From an uncultured Thermoplasmata archaeon (GTDB lineage: Archaea; Thermoplasmatota; Thermoplasmata; Lutacidiplasmatales; UBA184): DNA of 64,000 nucleotides. The DNA is taken from assembly GCA_963838955.1 (NCBI GenBank), contig CAWISZ010000002.1, positions 121,991 through 185,990 on the forward strand. The letters run 5' to 3'. This document shows, piece after piece, positions 30,682-40,623 of the stretch. The notes below the pieces were generated by a model. That model was not told the origin of the DNA. It made no database searches and saw only the letters and a program-made list of their open reading frames with translations. How positions within the stretch are numbered: position 1 is the first letter of the stretch; every line of letters starts with the position of its first letter. The position numbers were made by a program, and so were the translations under genes.

Positions 30682-30921
30682 ATGGCGGACGCGTTCGCCG
30701 CAGTGCGCAGGAATCACCGGGCCGTCACCGAGATCATCGGCCTCAGCGGCTTCGTGGCCGGGTTAGGCGGCATCATGTTCGGGGACGCTCCGCTCGCCTT
30801 GGCGGGATTTGGGGTTGCGGCCTTGGCCACGACCGATGTCGCGCTACAATGGGCATTCGTGACCGTCCCGGCCGGTCTGATCCTGATCTTCGCGGCCATC
30901 GGTGTCTATCTGATCCGCTGA
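30682..30921 (+). CDS. small membrane protein
   Basis: 79 aa, two hydrophobic helices. Confidence 0.4.
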   Translation: MADAFAAVRRNHRAVTEIIGLSGFVAGLGGIMFGDAPLALAGFGVAALATTDVALQWAFVTVPAGLILIFAAIGVYLIR

Positions 30922-30962
30922 CCTGTTGAGAAGATAAGTCTCCGTGCGGTCTCATCGGGTGG

Positions 30963-31733
30963 ATGAGTGGGGAAGTCGAGTTCGACCGGATCGCACCGGT
31001 CTACGATGAGACCCGCGAGCCACCCTCCGAAGAGGAGGTTCGGACGCTCGCGGGGATACTCGCCGGATGCCGGACAATCCTCGATGCGGGGGTGGGTACC
31101 GGTCGCTTCGCCGTACCGCTCCGCGCCCACGACTTCGAGGTGCTGGGGGTCGATCTCTCGCTCGAGATGATGCGACGGGCCCGGGCCAAGGGCGTCGCGA
31201 CCCTCGTTCGGGCTGACCTTCGGCATCTACCGTTCTCCAACCAGATCGTGGACGCGGCGTTCATGGCCCACGTCCTCCAGCTCGTTCCGGACCCACGTTC
31301 GGTGCTCGGGGAACTCGGACGGGTGGCTCGCCACTGGGTCGTCATCGTGCTTCCCGAGTGGTCCGAGCGGGGGCGGACGGGCGCCGTCCAAGAGCTTCAA
31401 CAGCGGTACCGCGAGCTAGCGGCCGAGCTCGGCTATTCGTTGCCGGAGCGGGGCACCCGATACTGGCACACGCTCGAGGAGCTCGCCGCCATCGCGCCCC
31501 CGAAGACGGTCCAAGCCGTCTCGGGACCGCCTTCCACGACGCTCACTTCCGAGGAACGGATGGCCCGCTGGGGGACCCGAATGTACGGGAGGGGTCAGGT
31601 TCCGCCCGAAGTCCATGCCGAGATCATCCGTCGGATTCGGACCGAGCATCCGGTGGACCTTTCCGTTTGGACTCGACCCCGGAACGAACGGTTCGTGGCG
31701 TGGGACCCGATCGACCTGCGAGGGATAACCTGA
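30963..31733 (+). CDS. class I SAM-dependent methyltransferase
   Basis: Motif I ILDAGVGTGRF; 256 aa. Confidence 0.85.
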   Translation: MSGEVEFDRIAPVYDETREPPSEEEVRTLAGILAGCRTILDAGVGTGRFAVPLRAHDFEVLGVDLSLEMMRRARAKGVATLVRADLRHLPFSNQIVDAAFMAHVLQLVPDPRSVLGELGRVARHWVVIVLPEWSERGRTGAVQELQQRYRELAAELGYSLPERGTRYWHTLEELAAIAPPKTVQAVSGPPSTTLTSEERMARWGTRMYGRGQVPPEVHAEIIRRIRTEHPVDLSVWTRPRNERFVAWDPIDLRGIT

Positions 31734-32257
31734 CTGTTCCTGGGGCGGAATCCGACAAGGGTTGACCGTGTGACCAACCCATCCGACGGCGGCGGCGAAC
31801 TCGCGGCCCAGGTACGGCCGGCTTCTCGGCGGACGGCGTACCTAGGGCGGGCAGGACGTGCAGCATGGGTCGCCGACCGAGCAGCATGCGCAGCACCGAC
31901 AGCACGCGGCGCAGGTGCAACAGCTGCAGGCCAGGCCCGGTCGGTTACTGGATGAGGGGGTCGTCATGATCTTCGCACCGTTCGGAGGGAGTTAACACCT
32001 GACCTCGAACGTGGGCTCCCGCTCACCCCGAACGGCAGAGGCGTGAGACCCACTCCCCAGAGGCGCCCGTTGCCATGCCACCCCTTGCTCATGCACAATC
32101 CCGGAGTTGTCCGGGGGTCGACGGCACCTATCGCCCCCAGACGTGTTCAGCGGCTCTCGGAGATACTCGGCCGGATGAAGGTCAGTCTTTCCCGAACGCC
32201 GTGCGGGCGCTGCCCGGGCTTGGGTATCGGCTGCGAATGGGTCGGGGTCCCGCGCGT

Positions 32258-32600
32258 TCACGGAGACGGTGGCAGAGATGTGCTGCCCTTCGACACATAG
32301 TCGAAGAACTTCTCGGTGACACCCTCCCGAGTCCACTCCGAGCGGAGCCGAGTCCGCTTCTCGGCGCGCCGAAGCTCGCTGAGGAGACTACGGTTCAGCT
32401 CACGAGCCGACGGACCTTCCACGTCAGCCTCGATGAGGAACCACTCCTCGGTCTCCCGAAAGGAGCCTCGCCCTTCCACGTACCGCCGGAGGATAGGGCG
32501 AATCGCTTCGTACGCATCGGTGCTAACGCGTGCGCGGAGGTGGAACCGGGGGATCCCTGCACGATTGGGGTAATGGGTGGGCCGGGCGAAAGATGTGTCG
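32258..32600 (-). CDS. hypothetical protein (3-prime part of ORF 32258..32848; start unclear)
   Basis: C-terminal about 110 aa (RFHLRARVSTDAYEAIRPILRRYVEGRGSF...) coding-like; upstream part is low-complexity. Confidence 0.3.
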
Positions 32601-32689
32601 GCCGGCCCCGAATTTAGGCGTGGATGGTCTGATGGCAGGCTGGGCCCGGCACGGCTCGCGAGGCCCACGGATTTCGGACCGGGTCTCAG

Positions 32690-32827
32690 TCGTACCGACT
32701 GTCCTCGCTCATCCGCGTTACCATCTCCCCGCACCGAAGGCACTGAGCCACGCGCCACTCGGGGTCCACGGGTATGACCGCGTGGCAGGACGGACAGAGC
32801 ACCGCCGGATCCGCTTCGGTCATCCCC
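32690..32827 (-). CDS. small zinc-ribbon ORF (45 aa)
   Basis: MTEADPAVLCPSCHAVIPVDPEWRVAQCLRCGEMVTRMSEDSRYD; shorter than the ORF-track cutoff. Confidence 0.3.
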
Positions 32828-32933
32828 ACCTGCAGACCCACAGAACACGGTGCCCGCGTAAGCTTGTGTCGTACCGGACCGCGCGGGGAATCCTACCGCC
32901 CGATACGAACGCAGCCCTTCTCAGTGCACCGGA

Positions 32934-33152
32934 CTACCCGAGGCAGTCCGCCAAAGCCTCGAAGGCGACGGTTCGGGTGGTTCGTCGCTGCTTCCATCGA
33001 TCTTGCCACGCGATTCCCGCAGCGCCGACGAACAGCGTGCCCAGCTTCTTGTCGTTCGCACCGTACACGTCGATCGTGATGCTCCTCCGGTCGCCCAGCT
33101 TGATGTTCGCGGACTTGCCCCAGATCGAGATTCCCGCGTACCGCTTGCGCAT
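32934..33152 (-). CDS. small hypothetical ORF (72 aa from MRKRYAGISIWGK)
   Basis: High-GC3 coding-like segment inside ORF 32934..33446. Confidence 0.3.
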   Translation of the reverse strand: MRKRYAGISIWGKSANIKLGDRRSITIDVYGANDKKLGTLFVGAAGIAWQDRWKQRRTTRTVAFEALADCLG

Positions 33153-33369
33153 GATCGGCAGACGGCTGTTCCTCGATAAAGCCATTCGCAAAGGGGCCAT
33201 TCTTCCCGGGCGGTCTATCCCATCCACGCGGAGGAGCGGTCGCAAACCTATACGCTCCCAACTCCACGGACAACTCAGCCAACCGCGGCGGTTTGGTCCC
33301 CGAGGGAAGCCCAGCCGTGACCCCCCGAAGAAGCCTTCCGGGGTGTCCGGAACTACCGTTTCCTCCGCC

Positions 33370-33480
33370 AGGACCCGAACAGCCACGTTCCCGCGCTTCG
33401 CCGCCAATTCTCCGACAAGATCGTGGATGCGGCGCTCGTGGCCCACGCCCTCCCGCTCGTCCCGGAACCCGCGCGTGGCG
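33370..33480 (+). pseudogene. remnant of a SAM-methyltransferase paralog
   Basis: Translates LRRQFSDKIVDAALVAHALPLVPEPARG, versus LRHLPFSNQIVDAAFMAHVLQLVPDPRSV of gene 30963..31733. Confidence 0.45.
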
Positions 33481-33578
33481 GTACTCCGTACCCGTTGAGA
33501 GACCGAACCTTCGGGGGGTAATCTCGGCTGAATTCAATCTGAGGAAGACCTTTTGAAGGTGGACTTGGATTCGAAAGC

Positions 33579-33950
33579 ATGGACGACAGCCGGCTCCCGC
33601 TGGGCGTGGCCATCCTAGCCATCCTGATCGGGATCTTCGGATTCTTCGTACTCATCAGTGGTTTGCTCCTCCTCCTCAGCGTCGCCGGCGTGTCCCTCGG
33701 AGGGTTGGCCGTAACTTCCGTCTTCGGCGCGACCGGAATCGTCGCGGCCATCATCGTACTGATCATCGGGCTGGTCATCCTCGGAACGGCGGTCGGGCTC
33801 TGGAACCAAGAGCTATGGGCGCTGGTCCTCGCCATACTCGTACTCCTCTTCTACGCGGTCATCGAGTTCGTCGGCAGCGCCTGGCTGAGCCTGGTGATCG
33901 TCGTGCTCCTCCTCGTGTATCTGCTGGCGGTCTCGAGGCATTTCTACTGA
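33579..33950 (+). CDS. small polytopic membrane protein
   Basis: 123 aa, about 4 TM helices, high-GC3. Confidence 0.6.
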   Translation: MDDSRLPLGVAILAILIGIFGFFVLISGLLLLLSVAGVSLGGLAVTSVFGATGIVAAIIVLIIGLVILGTAVGLWNQELWALVLAILVLLFYAVIEFVGSAWLSLVIVVLLLVYLLAVSRHFY

Positions 33951-34055
33951 CCGGCGAGCTCCCAGCGGGCGCGACCTGCTTCCACGGTACGATGCTTCAC
34001 CCGCAGGGAGGGGTCACCGAGGGTACGTCTCGCGCAGCGCAGGGATCGGCCTGCC

Positions 34056-35207
34056 TTACGGAGCTTTCCCGAATGCCGGGAGCAGTTGGACCGGGGACGG
34101 TAGCTCGACGGGTGGGTGATATTGCGAGGGAGGGCGACCTCCGATCCGAACGACCTTCTCCGCGACCATCCCGCAGTAGCCGCACTCCTCGCAGGAACGG
34201 TGTTCGCACTCGGTAGCCGCTATCCGTCGAAGGAAGCCGGGCGGGAACGCGTCGTTGTCGATGGTCACATCGTCGAACGCGGCGAACGCTTGGCGAAGCG
34301 GCTCGACCACCTCTGGGGCCACCCCGCGGTGGGCGAGCGTCGCGAGCGCCCGGGAGGGCCCCTTGATCTGGACGGAGCTGAGGAGGTCGAGCAGGTTCCC
34401 GTGGTACGTTCGGTTGGTGTAGGCCCGAGCCGTGGCTGCGAGCCATTCGGTGGACCGATTTCGTCCGGAGATCTTGAAGCGGTGGACACCCGCCTCTTCG
34501 TAGAACGCTAGGTCCTCGGGGCGTACCCAGATCGAGGAGATGAGCTTCTGGGGATCGCGGATCACCTCGAGGCCGCATTGAAGGATCGGGAACTCGAACC
34601 AGATGCGATCCTCTCCCGACTGCGAGCACAGGGAGCTCGTGTTCAGATGGTGCGCGCGGAACGGGCACTCTCGGATGCACGTCTGATTCGTGAGCACCTC
34701 GATACGCGCACCCGTCCGGGCGAGCCCGCGGATGAGCGGAAAGTTCCGGTCCTCCTCTTCGAGGATCACCGTGTCCGCACCGAGCCGGAGGAAGTACTCG
34801 GCCTGGGTCACCGACCGGATGCGCGCGAAGGAGGAGACCGAGATCGGGATCTCGGGATAGGCGCGGTGGACCGCATCGATGAGCGCGGGGATCGCGATCA
34901 CGAATCCGTCGACTCCCAGGTCGAGGAACTCCGCGACCTCCTGTAGGAAGGCATCGAGGTAGCCCGACCGGTACTCCTTCAAGCCGAGATCGTTGCTGTT
35001 CAGGGTTGCGTAGAACTCGCGTCCTCCGCTATGGATGATCCGCAGGTGGCGACGGAACCCTTCGCGGTCCACCTCGGGAATGATGTACGGAGGGCGCCCG
35101 GCTCCCGTCAGAGAGACGGGAAAGCCCCCGAAGAACGAGCGGACGGGCAGCTCCGAAACCTGCTCTGGGAGGGCGTCGTCGAAATTCGTTGCGAGTACGA
35201 TCTCCAT
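34056..35207 (-). CDS. peptidase U32 family protein
   Basis: 383 aa; U32 core and Cys-rich C-terminal segment CEHRSCEECGYCG. Confidence 0.8.
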   Translation of the reverse strand: MEIVLATNFDDALPEQVSELPVRSFFGGFPVSLTGAGRPPYIIPEVDREGFRRHLRIIHSGGREFYATLNSNDLGLKEYRSGYLDAFLQEVAEFLDLGVDGFVIAIPALIDAVHRAYPEIPISVSSFARIRSVTQAEYFLRLGADTVILEEEDRNFPLIRGLARTGARIEVLTNQTCIRECPFRAHHLNTSSLCSQSGEDRIWFEFPILQCGLEVIRDPQKLISSIWVRPEDLAFYEEAGVHRFKISGRNRSTEWLAATARAYTNRTYHGNLLDLLSSVQIKGPSRALATLAHRGVAPEVVEPLRQAFAAFDDVTIDNDAFPPGFLRRIAATECEHRSCEECGYCGMVAEKVVRIGGRPPSQYHPPVELPSPVQLLPAFGKAP

Positions 35208-35289
35208 CCGCCCTCGGAGACCTCCCGCTCACGTCAGTGTACCCCCGCACCGGTGCGGCACAAGACGAATCCACCGTCGCAGTTTTCAC

Positions 35290-35697
35290 ATGGGCGTGTC
35301 TGCGGACGAGCACGACCGCGATCTTCTGGATCGACTGCGTCAGGAGATCGAGAGCGTGGATCGATCGATCGTCCTGATGCTCGCTGCTCGTCTCGACGCC
35401 GCCCAGCGCGCCCTTCAGTTGCGGGCCGGACGCGATCGGAATCTCACGGACCCCAAGCAGGAGCGGCGGGTCCTCGCACGGAGCCGGAAGTGGGCCCGGA
35501 ATCTGGGCGTGCCGCCAGCGCTCGTCGAAGCCTTGTTCCGATCGCTCATCGAGGAAGGCAAGGTGCGCTTCCAGGCGGCCGCGAGCACTCCTGAAGGGTC
35601 CGTGGTCACGGTGCTGTTGGTGGACCCGGCTCTCGCGTCGTCCGCTTCAGGGGGAACGCCGGACCTGCAGCTCGTCGCCGTACCGACGTCCCGCTAG
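35290..35697 (+). CDS. chorismate mutase (AroQ class)
   Basis: Helix-1 motif LRQEIESVDRSIVLMLAARLDAAQRALQLR. Confidence 0.7.
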   Translation: MGVSADEHDRDLLDRLRQEIESVDRSIVLMLAARLDAAQRALQLRAGRDRNLTDPKQERRVLARSRKWARNLGVPPALVEALFRSLIEEGKVRFQAAASTPEGSVVTVLLVDPALASSASGGTPDLQLVAVPTSR

Positions 35698-36392
35698 CTT
35701 CGCGGTCGCCCGACGGAGCAGCTCCAGAGTCGTGGAGCGACGGGTCCCAAGGACGCGGGCGACGTCTCCGAGCGACCCGCGTCGCGGGTAGGCAAAGTAC
35801 CCCATATCGTGGGCGACCCGCAAGGCGCGGTCCTGCGCGGGCGTGAGGCTGGTCTTGGAGCGATACGACCTCACCGGACGATCGCAGGTTGAGGGGCGTT
35901 CCCCCGTGGAAGCTCCCGGAGGAAGGCTCTGGTTTGAGCTCCGCGAGGAAGGACCACCCGCCACTCCGTTCGCTCCCCCCGGGCGTGGAGCGGGCAGGTC
36001 ACACAGATCCCACCGGCACGATAGGTGACCGTACACGTCGGCGGGGCCGGCTCACTCACTCGCACCAGCACCCGCCCCGGCCCGAGCTGTGCGAGCGCCA
36101 ACTGCCGATGGGGGAGCCGCTGTCGGAGTGTGTGAAGGAGGTGGTCCATCCGCTCCGGCTCAACCTCGACATCGAGCCATCGGAGCAACCGCGGTGGGGT
36201 CTGGCTGGTCAAGCGACATGCGATTAGGTGCGGCTCGGCGCCGTCTCGGCGAAGGACCTCGGAGAGGAAGTGGTCACCCGGGCGATGATCGACTCGGACT
36301 TCGAGGAGTGGCACCCCGGGGACGTTCGGATGCTTTCGAACCCGGCGCTGGATGCCACGGCCCGGATGAGGGGGGGTGCTTGCCACGGGCAT
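35647..36392 (-). pseudogene. HTH_10 (Bat-type) transcriptional regulator, frameshifted
   Basis: N-terminal domain in ORF 35871..36392; C-terminal HTH LTPAQDRALRVAHDMGYFAYPRRGSLGDVARVLG in ORF 35647..36036; junction near CCGGTGAGGTCG. Confidence 0.55.
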
Positions 36393-36498
36393 GCTCAGAC
36401 CGTCTCGCTAGGTCGCGGGTTCGCTATGAACGTACCGTCGAGTCTCGTCGTGGAAACCCACCCACCGACGCAGGGGGCCGCGTGGCTAGATATTTCGG

Positions 36499-36914
36499 TC
36501 ATCGGACTCGAGCCGCTTTCCCATGCTCACGACCTCGTCCGTCGAGTGGCCGATGCGTCGGTAGCATTCGACCGCTTCCGCGTTGGAGGCCCGAACCTGC
36601 AGGTTGACCTTCGGGCAGCCGGACTCGCGTAGCCGGCGCTCGGCCCCCACGACGATGGCACGCGCGAGCCCCTAGCGCTGGTGGTCGGGATTGACGGCCA
36701 GGTAGTTGAGCCACCCGCGGTGGCCCTCGTACCCTGCCATGACGGACGCAACGATGGTGCCATCGAGCACGCCGACCAGGAAAAGATCGGGTCGAACCTT
36801 CCGCTTGCGTTGAATGTCCTTTCGGGGATCGTTCGAAGGTCGAACGAGATGGCATCGTTGCCAGAGCGCAACGATCGTCTCCTCGTCCTGCGGCTGGAAC
36901 GGGCGGATCTGCAC
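36499..36914 (-). pseudogene. YpeA-like GNAT acetyltransferase with in-frame TAG after codon 80
   Basis: MQIRPFQPQDEETIVALWQRC...GYEGHRGWLNYLAVNPDHQR, then TAG (36672-36674), then in-frame GLARAIVVGAERRLRESGCPKVNLQVRASNAEAVECYRRIGH...SMGKRL. Collinear with E. coli YpeA. Confidence 0.7.
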
Positions 36915-37028
36915 GGGCGGGCGATCCTCCGAACAACTAAGAGGTGCGCGCGTCCGGGCGGAAGGTACCTTCCCGGAAAGTCGAGCTGGATCCGAATCCC
37001 CGGCGAAACCGCAGGGGCCGCTGGAGCG

Positions 37029-37205
37029 TCAGGGCCGAGGAATGCGCTTCGCAAACACGCCGGGATCGAGGGCCTGCCACGTCGTGCCCGCCCCCAGCGG
37101 CATGTCGGCGCGGAGCAGGATCAGCGCCTGCTTCGCGTTCAGTGCCTCCTCGAGCGCGACCCGGAGCTCGTCGAGGTCGGCCGGCTCATGGGTGTAAACG
37201 CTCAT
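37029..37205 (-). CDS. small hypothetical protein (58 aa)
   Basis: MSVYTHEPADLDELRVALEEALNAKQALILLR...; high-GC3; immediately upstream of the GNAT on the same strand. Confidence 0.35.
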   Translation of the reverse strand: MSVYTHEPADLDELRVALEEALNAKQALILLRADMPLGAGTTWQALDPGVFAKRIPRP

Positions 37206-37443
37206 TTCCAAATCCTTTCCAACGACCACCGTCAGCACGTAGAAACAGGTCGTTCCGGTGATAGGGACTGTCGAGGAATTCCCGTCTTCGATGTCGACCG
37301 CCAAGCCGATCCCCTCCGGCGGCCGGAGGACCCATCGCCCCTATCACGTTCGCGCTAGGGATCCTGGCCTCCTTCCGAGAGCGCGGACCGCACTTCCTCC
37401 CCCTCCTCGGATCGTTATATCGACGGACGCACTCGGACCGAAG

Positions 37444-38223
37444 GTGTTCGACCGAGAGAAGATCCTGGCCCTCTACGACGCCGAGATGCGTCGGAACCCG
37501 ATCCCTGAGCCAGGCACGCGCGCGGAACGGGTCGGCACGGTCGTGCGGATCGTCGGCTCGGACAACTATGTGGTGTTCTCGGATCTTTCGGAGACCGACG
37601 CTAGCGAGGTGGTGGCCTCGCAGGCGGAGTTCTTTCGACGCGCGGGGGTGCAGGCAGAGTGGAAGACCTTCGGGCATGACCGGCCGAAGGATCTCGCCAA
37701 GATCCTCGCGGAGGAGGGGTTCGTTCCGGACGAACCGGAGACCCTCGTCGTTTTCGATCTGCGCGAAGAACTGTTCGGTGAAACGTCGATGCCCGGACTG
37801 GAGATTCGACAGGTCATCGACGAGGCCCAGCTCCGCGATGCCCTACGGGCGAGCGAATCGGCGTTCGGACCGAACACGCATCGATTCATGGACCGATACC
37901 GAGGTCGCCTCGCCGACCCGACGATTGCCTTGTTCGTCGCGTACATCGACGGATCCTCGGTCGCGACGGGGCGACTCGAGATGTTCCCCGGTCGGTCGTT
38001 CGCCGGCCTCTATGGAGGGGGCACCTCGCCCGAGTTCCGGCACCGGGGAATCTACCGGAGCCTCGTGGCGGCTCGAGCGGCCCTCGCTCAGCGGCGTGGT
38101 TACTCCTTCCTCACAGTGGACGCCGGAGCCATGAGCCTCCCGATCCTGGAGCGGCTCGGCTTCGTACCCTTGACCACGACTCGCGGTTGGATCCTTCACC
38201 CACCACAGAAGTCTCCGCCGTGA
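37444..38223 (+). CDS. GNAT family N-acetyltransferase (two-domain)
   Basis: C-terminal acetyl-CoA motif GLYGGGTSPEFRHRGIYRSL; ORF opens at 37258, start chosen at in-frame GTG. Confidence 0.7.
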   Translation: MFDREKILALYDAEMRRNPIPEPGTRAERVGTVVRIVGSDNYVVFSDLSETDASEVVASQAEFFRRAGVQAEWKTFGHDRPKDLAKILAEEGFVPDEPETLVVFDLREELFGETSMPGLEIRQVIDEAQLRDALRASESAFGPNTHRFMDRYRGRLADPTIALFVAYIDGSSVATGRLEMFPGRSFAGLYGGGTSPEFRHRGIYRSLVAARAALAQRRGYSFLTVDAGAMSLPILERLGFVPLTTTRGWILHPPQKSPP

Positions 38224-38274
38224 GCGAGCGGAGAGAGTCAAAATAACCGGCGGGCCTGAGTTACCCCACTCGCG

Positions 38275-40269
38275 ATGGGGGCTTCCGACACTCTCCGTGC
38301 GCTGGTCGATACGCTCTTGCCGGCGAGCCCGGCGGACGAGCAAGGGCCCGGATATCCCGCTGCGACTTCGGTCGGGCTGGATCGGGATATCGCCGAGATC
38401 GTGACCGATCTCTCTAAGGGAGAACAGGCCGATTTCGCGAGACTCCTGTCGGCGCTCGATTCTCGCTTCGCGAACCTCGTGCTCACCGGCCGCCCCGTGC
38501 AGCTCCATCGCCTGGACGCTGCCGCTCGAGAGCGCTACCTCCTCGGTTGGGCGACCAGTCGACTCGCGGTGAAACGCAAGGGGTTCCACGCGATGAAACG
38601 GCTCGCCGCCGGTCAGTACTTCTCCGGGCCGCTCGCGGGTACGCCGAACCCGCTCTGGAACCGGATTCACTACGGCCCGCCGAGCGTCCCGTCGGGCCTT
38701 CCCGATCCGCTCGACGGTCTCTCCCCGGTGCGCCCGGACCGCGATGTCGAGGAAGAGGTCGACGCCTGCGTCATCGGAAGCGGGGCGGGGGGCGGTGTGA
38801 TCGCCGAGCGGCTCGTTCGGGCGGGGTACTCGACCGTCGTGCTCGAAGCGGGTGCCTGGTTCACCCATCGATCGTACCCCCGAGTGGAGCGGGATGCACA
38901 GCGCCAGCTCTTCGCGGGCGGAGGACTGCTCACGACCCGGAACGGGGCGATCGGCATTCTCGCCGGGGCGACGGTTGGTGGGGGGACCGCGATCAACTGG
39001 ATGACGTGCCTATCGCCTCGCCCCGAGGCCCGCGCGGAGTGGGCACGGGACGGAGGGATGGAAGGGATCGATGGGGCCGATTTCGATCGCCACCTCCAAG
39101 CGGTCGCCGAGCGGCTCCATGTCTCGACGGCGGAAAGCCAGATCAACGCCAACAACGACTCCCTCCGCCGGGGTTGCATCGCGCTCGGCTTCCGTCAAGG
39201 CATCGATTGGGATGTGATTCCGCGCAACGCGGTCGGTTGCCAAGAGCGCTGCGGGTTCTGTAGTTTCGGCTGTCCCTACGCCGCCCGGCAATCGGGGCCG
39301 GTGACCTTCCTTCTGGACGCGCTCCGAGGGGGCGCGCGATTGTATTCGTCGACTCGGGCGGACTTCGTCGAGGTGGAGCAGGGGCGGGTGACCGGGGTCC
39401 GCGCGACCTTCCGGGAGGGATCGCTCACTCGCAACGTTCACGTCCGCGCACGGACGACGGTCGTGGCAGCCGGTGCGCTGCAGACCCCCGCTCTACTCCT
39501 ACGCTCGGGCATCCGCCACGCCGGCGTGGGGGCAGGTCTCCGGCTCGATCCGACCACAGCCCTGGCCGGGGAGTTCCCAGCGCCGGTTCGGACCTGGGTC
39601 GGGCCCCCTCAAACGATCGGCGTCTACCGATTCCAGACGTGCGATGCGGGCGCGCACGGACCGTGGATGGAGGTCGCCCCGGCGCATCCCGGCCTTTCCG
39701 CGATCGCCCTCCCGTGGGCTGGGGCGCGCGACTTCCATCGCCTCCTGGGGCGGAGCGAGTACGTCGCCTCCCCCATCGTGCTCGTCCGCGACGTCGGTGA
39801 GGGTCGTGTCACCATCGACACCGAGGGTCGACCTCGGTTCGATTACGTTCTCACCCCGCGGGATCGGCAGAATCTTCTGAGAGGCATGGTCGAGACCGCT
39901 CGACTCCTGCATGCGGGGGGCGCCACCCGACTGCTCTCGCTTCAGACCTCCTATGCGGAGGTGGGCGATGGGAGGCGACCGCTCTCGGAAGGGGAGCTGG
40001 ATCGGTTCATCGCCCAGGTGGAGCACGTCGGTGTTCGGGACAATGCGATCGCGCTCTTCTCGGCGCACCCGATCGGAAGCGCGCGTGCCGGGCGCGACCC
40101 CCGCACGTCCGCAACGCGACCATCCGGGGAAGTCCACGGGGTCGAAGGCCTGTGGATCGGAGATGGGAGCCTCCTGCCGTCGGCCCCGGGAGCCAACCCG
40201 ATGATGTCGATCCTCGCGGTCGCGCAGCGCACCGCCGACCACCTATTGGCGAAGCTCCGTGCGATCTGA
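38275..40269 (+). CDS. GMC family FAD-dependent oxidoreductase with about 140-aa N-terminal extension
   Basis: Rossmann motif CVIGSGAGGGVIAERL; 664 aa. Confidence 0.9.
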   Translation: MGASDTLRALVDTLLPASPADEQGPGYPAATSVGLDRDIAEIVTDLSKGEQADFARLLSALDSRFANLVLTGRPVQLHRLDAAARERYLLGWATSRLAVKRKGFHAMKRLAAGQYFSGPLAGTPNPLWNRIHYGPPSVPSGLPDPLDGLSPVRPDRDVEEEVDACVIGSGAGGGVIAERLVRAGYSTVVLEAGAWFTHRSYPRVERDAQRQLFAGGGLLTTRNGAIGILAGATVGGGTAINWMTCLSPRPEARAEWARDGGMEGIDGADFDRHLQAVAERLHVSTAESQINANNDSLRRGCIALGFRQGIDWDVIPRNAVGCQERCGFCSFGCPYAARQSGPVTFLLDALRGGARLYSSTRADFVEVEQGRVTGVRATFREGSLTRNVHVRARTTVVAAGALQTPALLLRSGIRHAGVGAGLRLDPTTALAGEFPAPVRTWVGPPQTIGVYRFQTCDAGAHGPWMEVAPAHPGLSAIALPWAGARDFHRLLGRSEYVASPIVLVRDVGEGRVTIDTEGRPRFDYVLTPRDRQNLLRGMVETARLLHAGGATRLLSLQTSYAEVGDGRRPLSEGELDRFIAQVEHVGVRDNAIALFSAHPIGSARAGRDPRTSATRPSGEVHGVEGLWIGDGSLLPSAPGANPMMSILAVAQRTADHLLAKLRAI

Positions 40270-40623
40270 ACCACCCGAGGTGGATCCTCCGGGCGGCGGG
40301 AGCTTTTCGAAGCGCAGGAGGCCGCCTTCGGGGTTGAACGTCACGCGCGCTCGAAACGTCTCGGCGCCCGCCTGGGCGACGCACGTTCGGCCTCGTCGAT
40401 CGCCGGCGATCTCGAGGGCCTCGATGAGGGACCAGCCCGTTTCCTGCTTGATCCGTTCCACCAACTGGTGGAACTGGGTGGCGCAGATCGCACAGCAGAA
40501 GAACATTCGCTCTCCGTCGACCTCTTCCCAGAGGTTCCCCCACGTCGAGTCACAGATGGCGCAGCCGGAATAGTTACGCTTCAAACTGGCCTGCCCTCTC
40601 GAGCCGGGCGATGAGGTAGTCAT
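40243..40623 (-). CDS. Ta0938-like zinc-binding protein (CxxC...CCxxC)
   Basis: GCAICDS...FFCCAICA; 126 aa; overlaps the 3-prime end of the upstream gene by about 50 nt. Confidence 0.5.
   Translation of the reverse strand: MTTSSPGSRGQASLKRNYSGCAICDSTWGNLWEEVDGERMFFCCAICATQFHQLVERIKQETGWSLIEALEIAGDRRGRTCVAQAGAETFRARVTFNPEGGLLRFEKLPPPGGSTSGGSDRTELRQ

Noticed and set aside
36672-36674. Possibility that the in-frame TAG (GNAT) or TGA (NmrA-like, about 48990) encodes pyrrolysine or selenocysteine
   Set aside because: TAG and TGA are used as ordinary stops by clearly intact genes in the same window (radA ends in TAG, marR in TGA). No SECIS- or PYLIS-like context is evident, and the positions are not catalytic residues.
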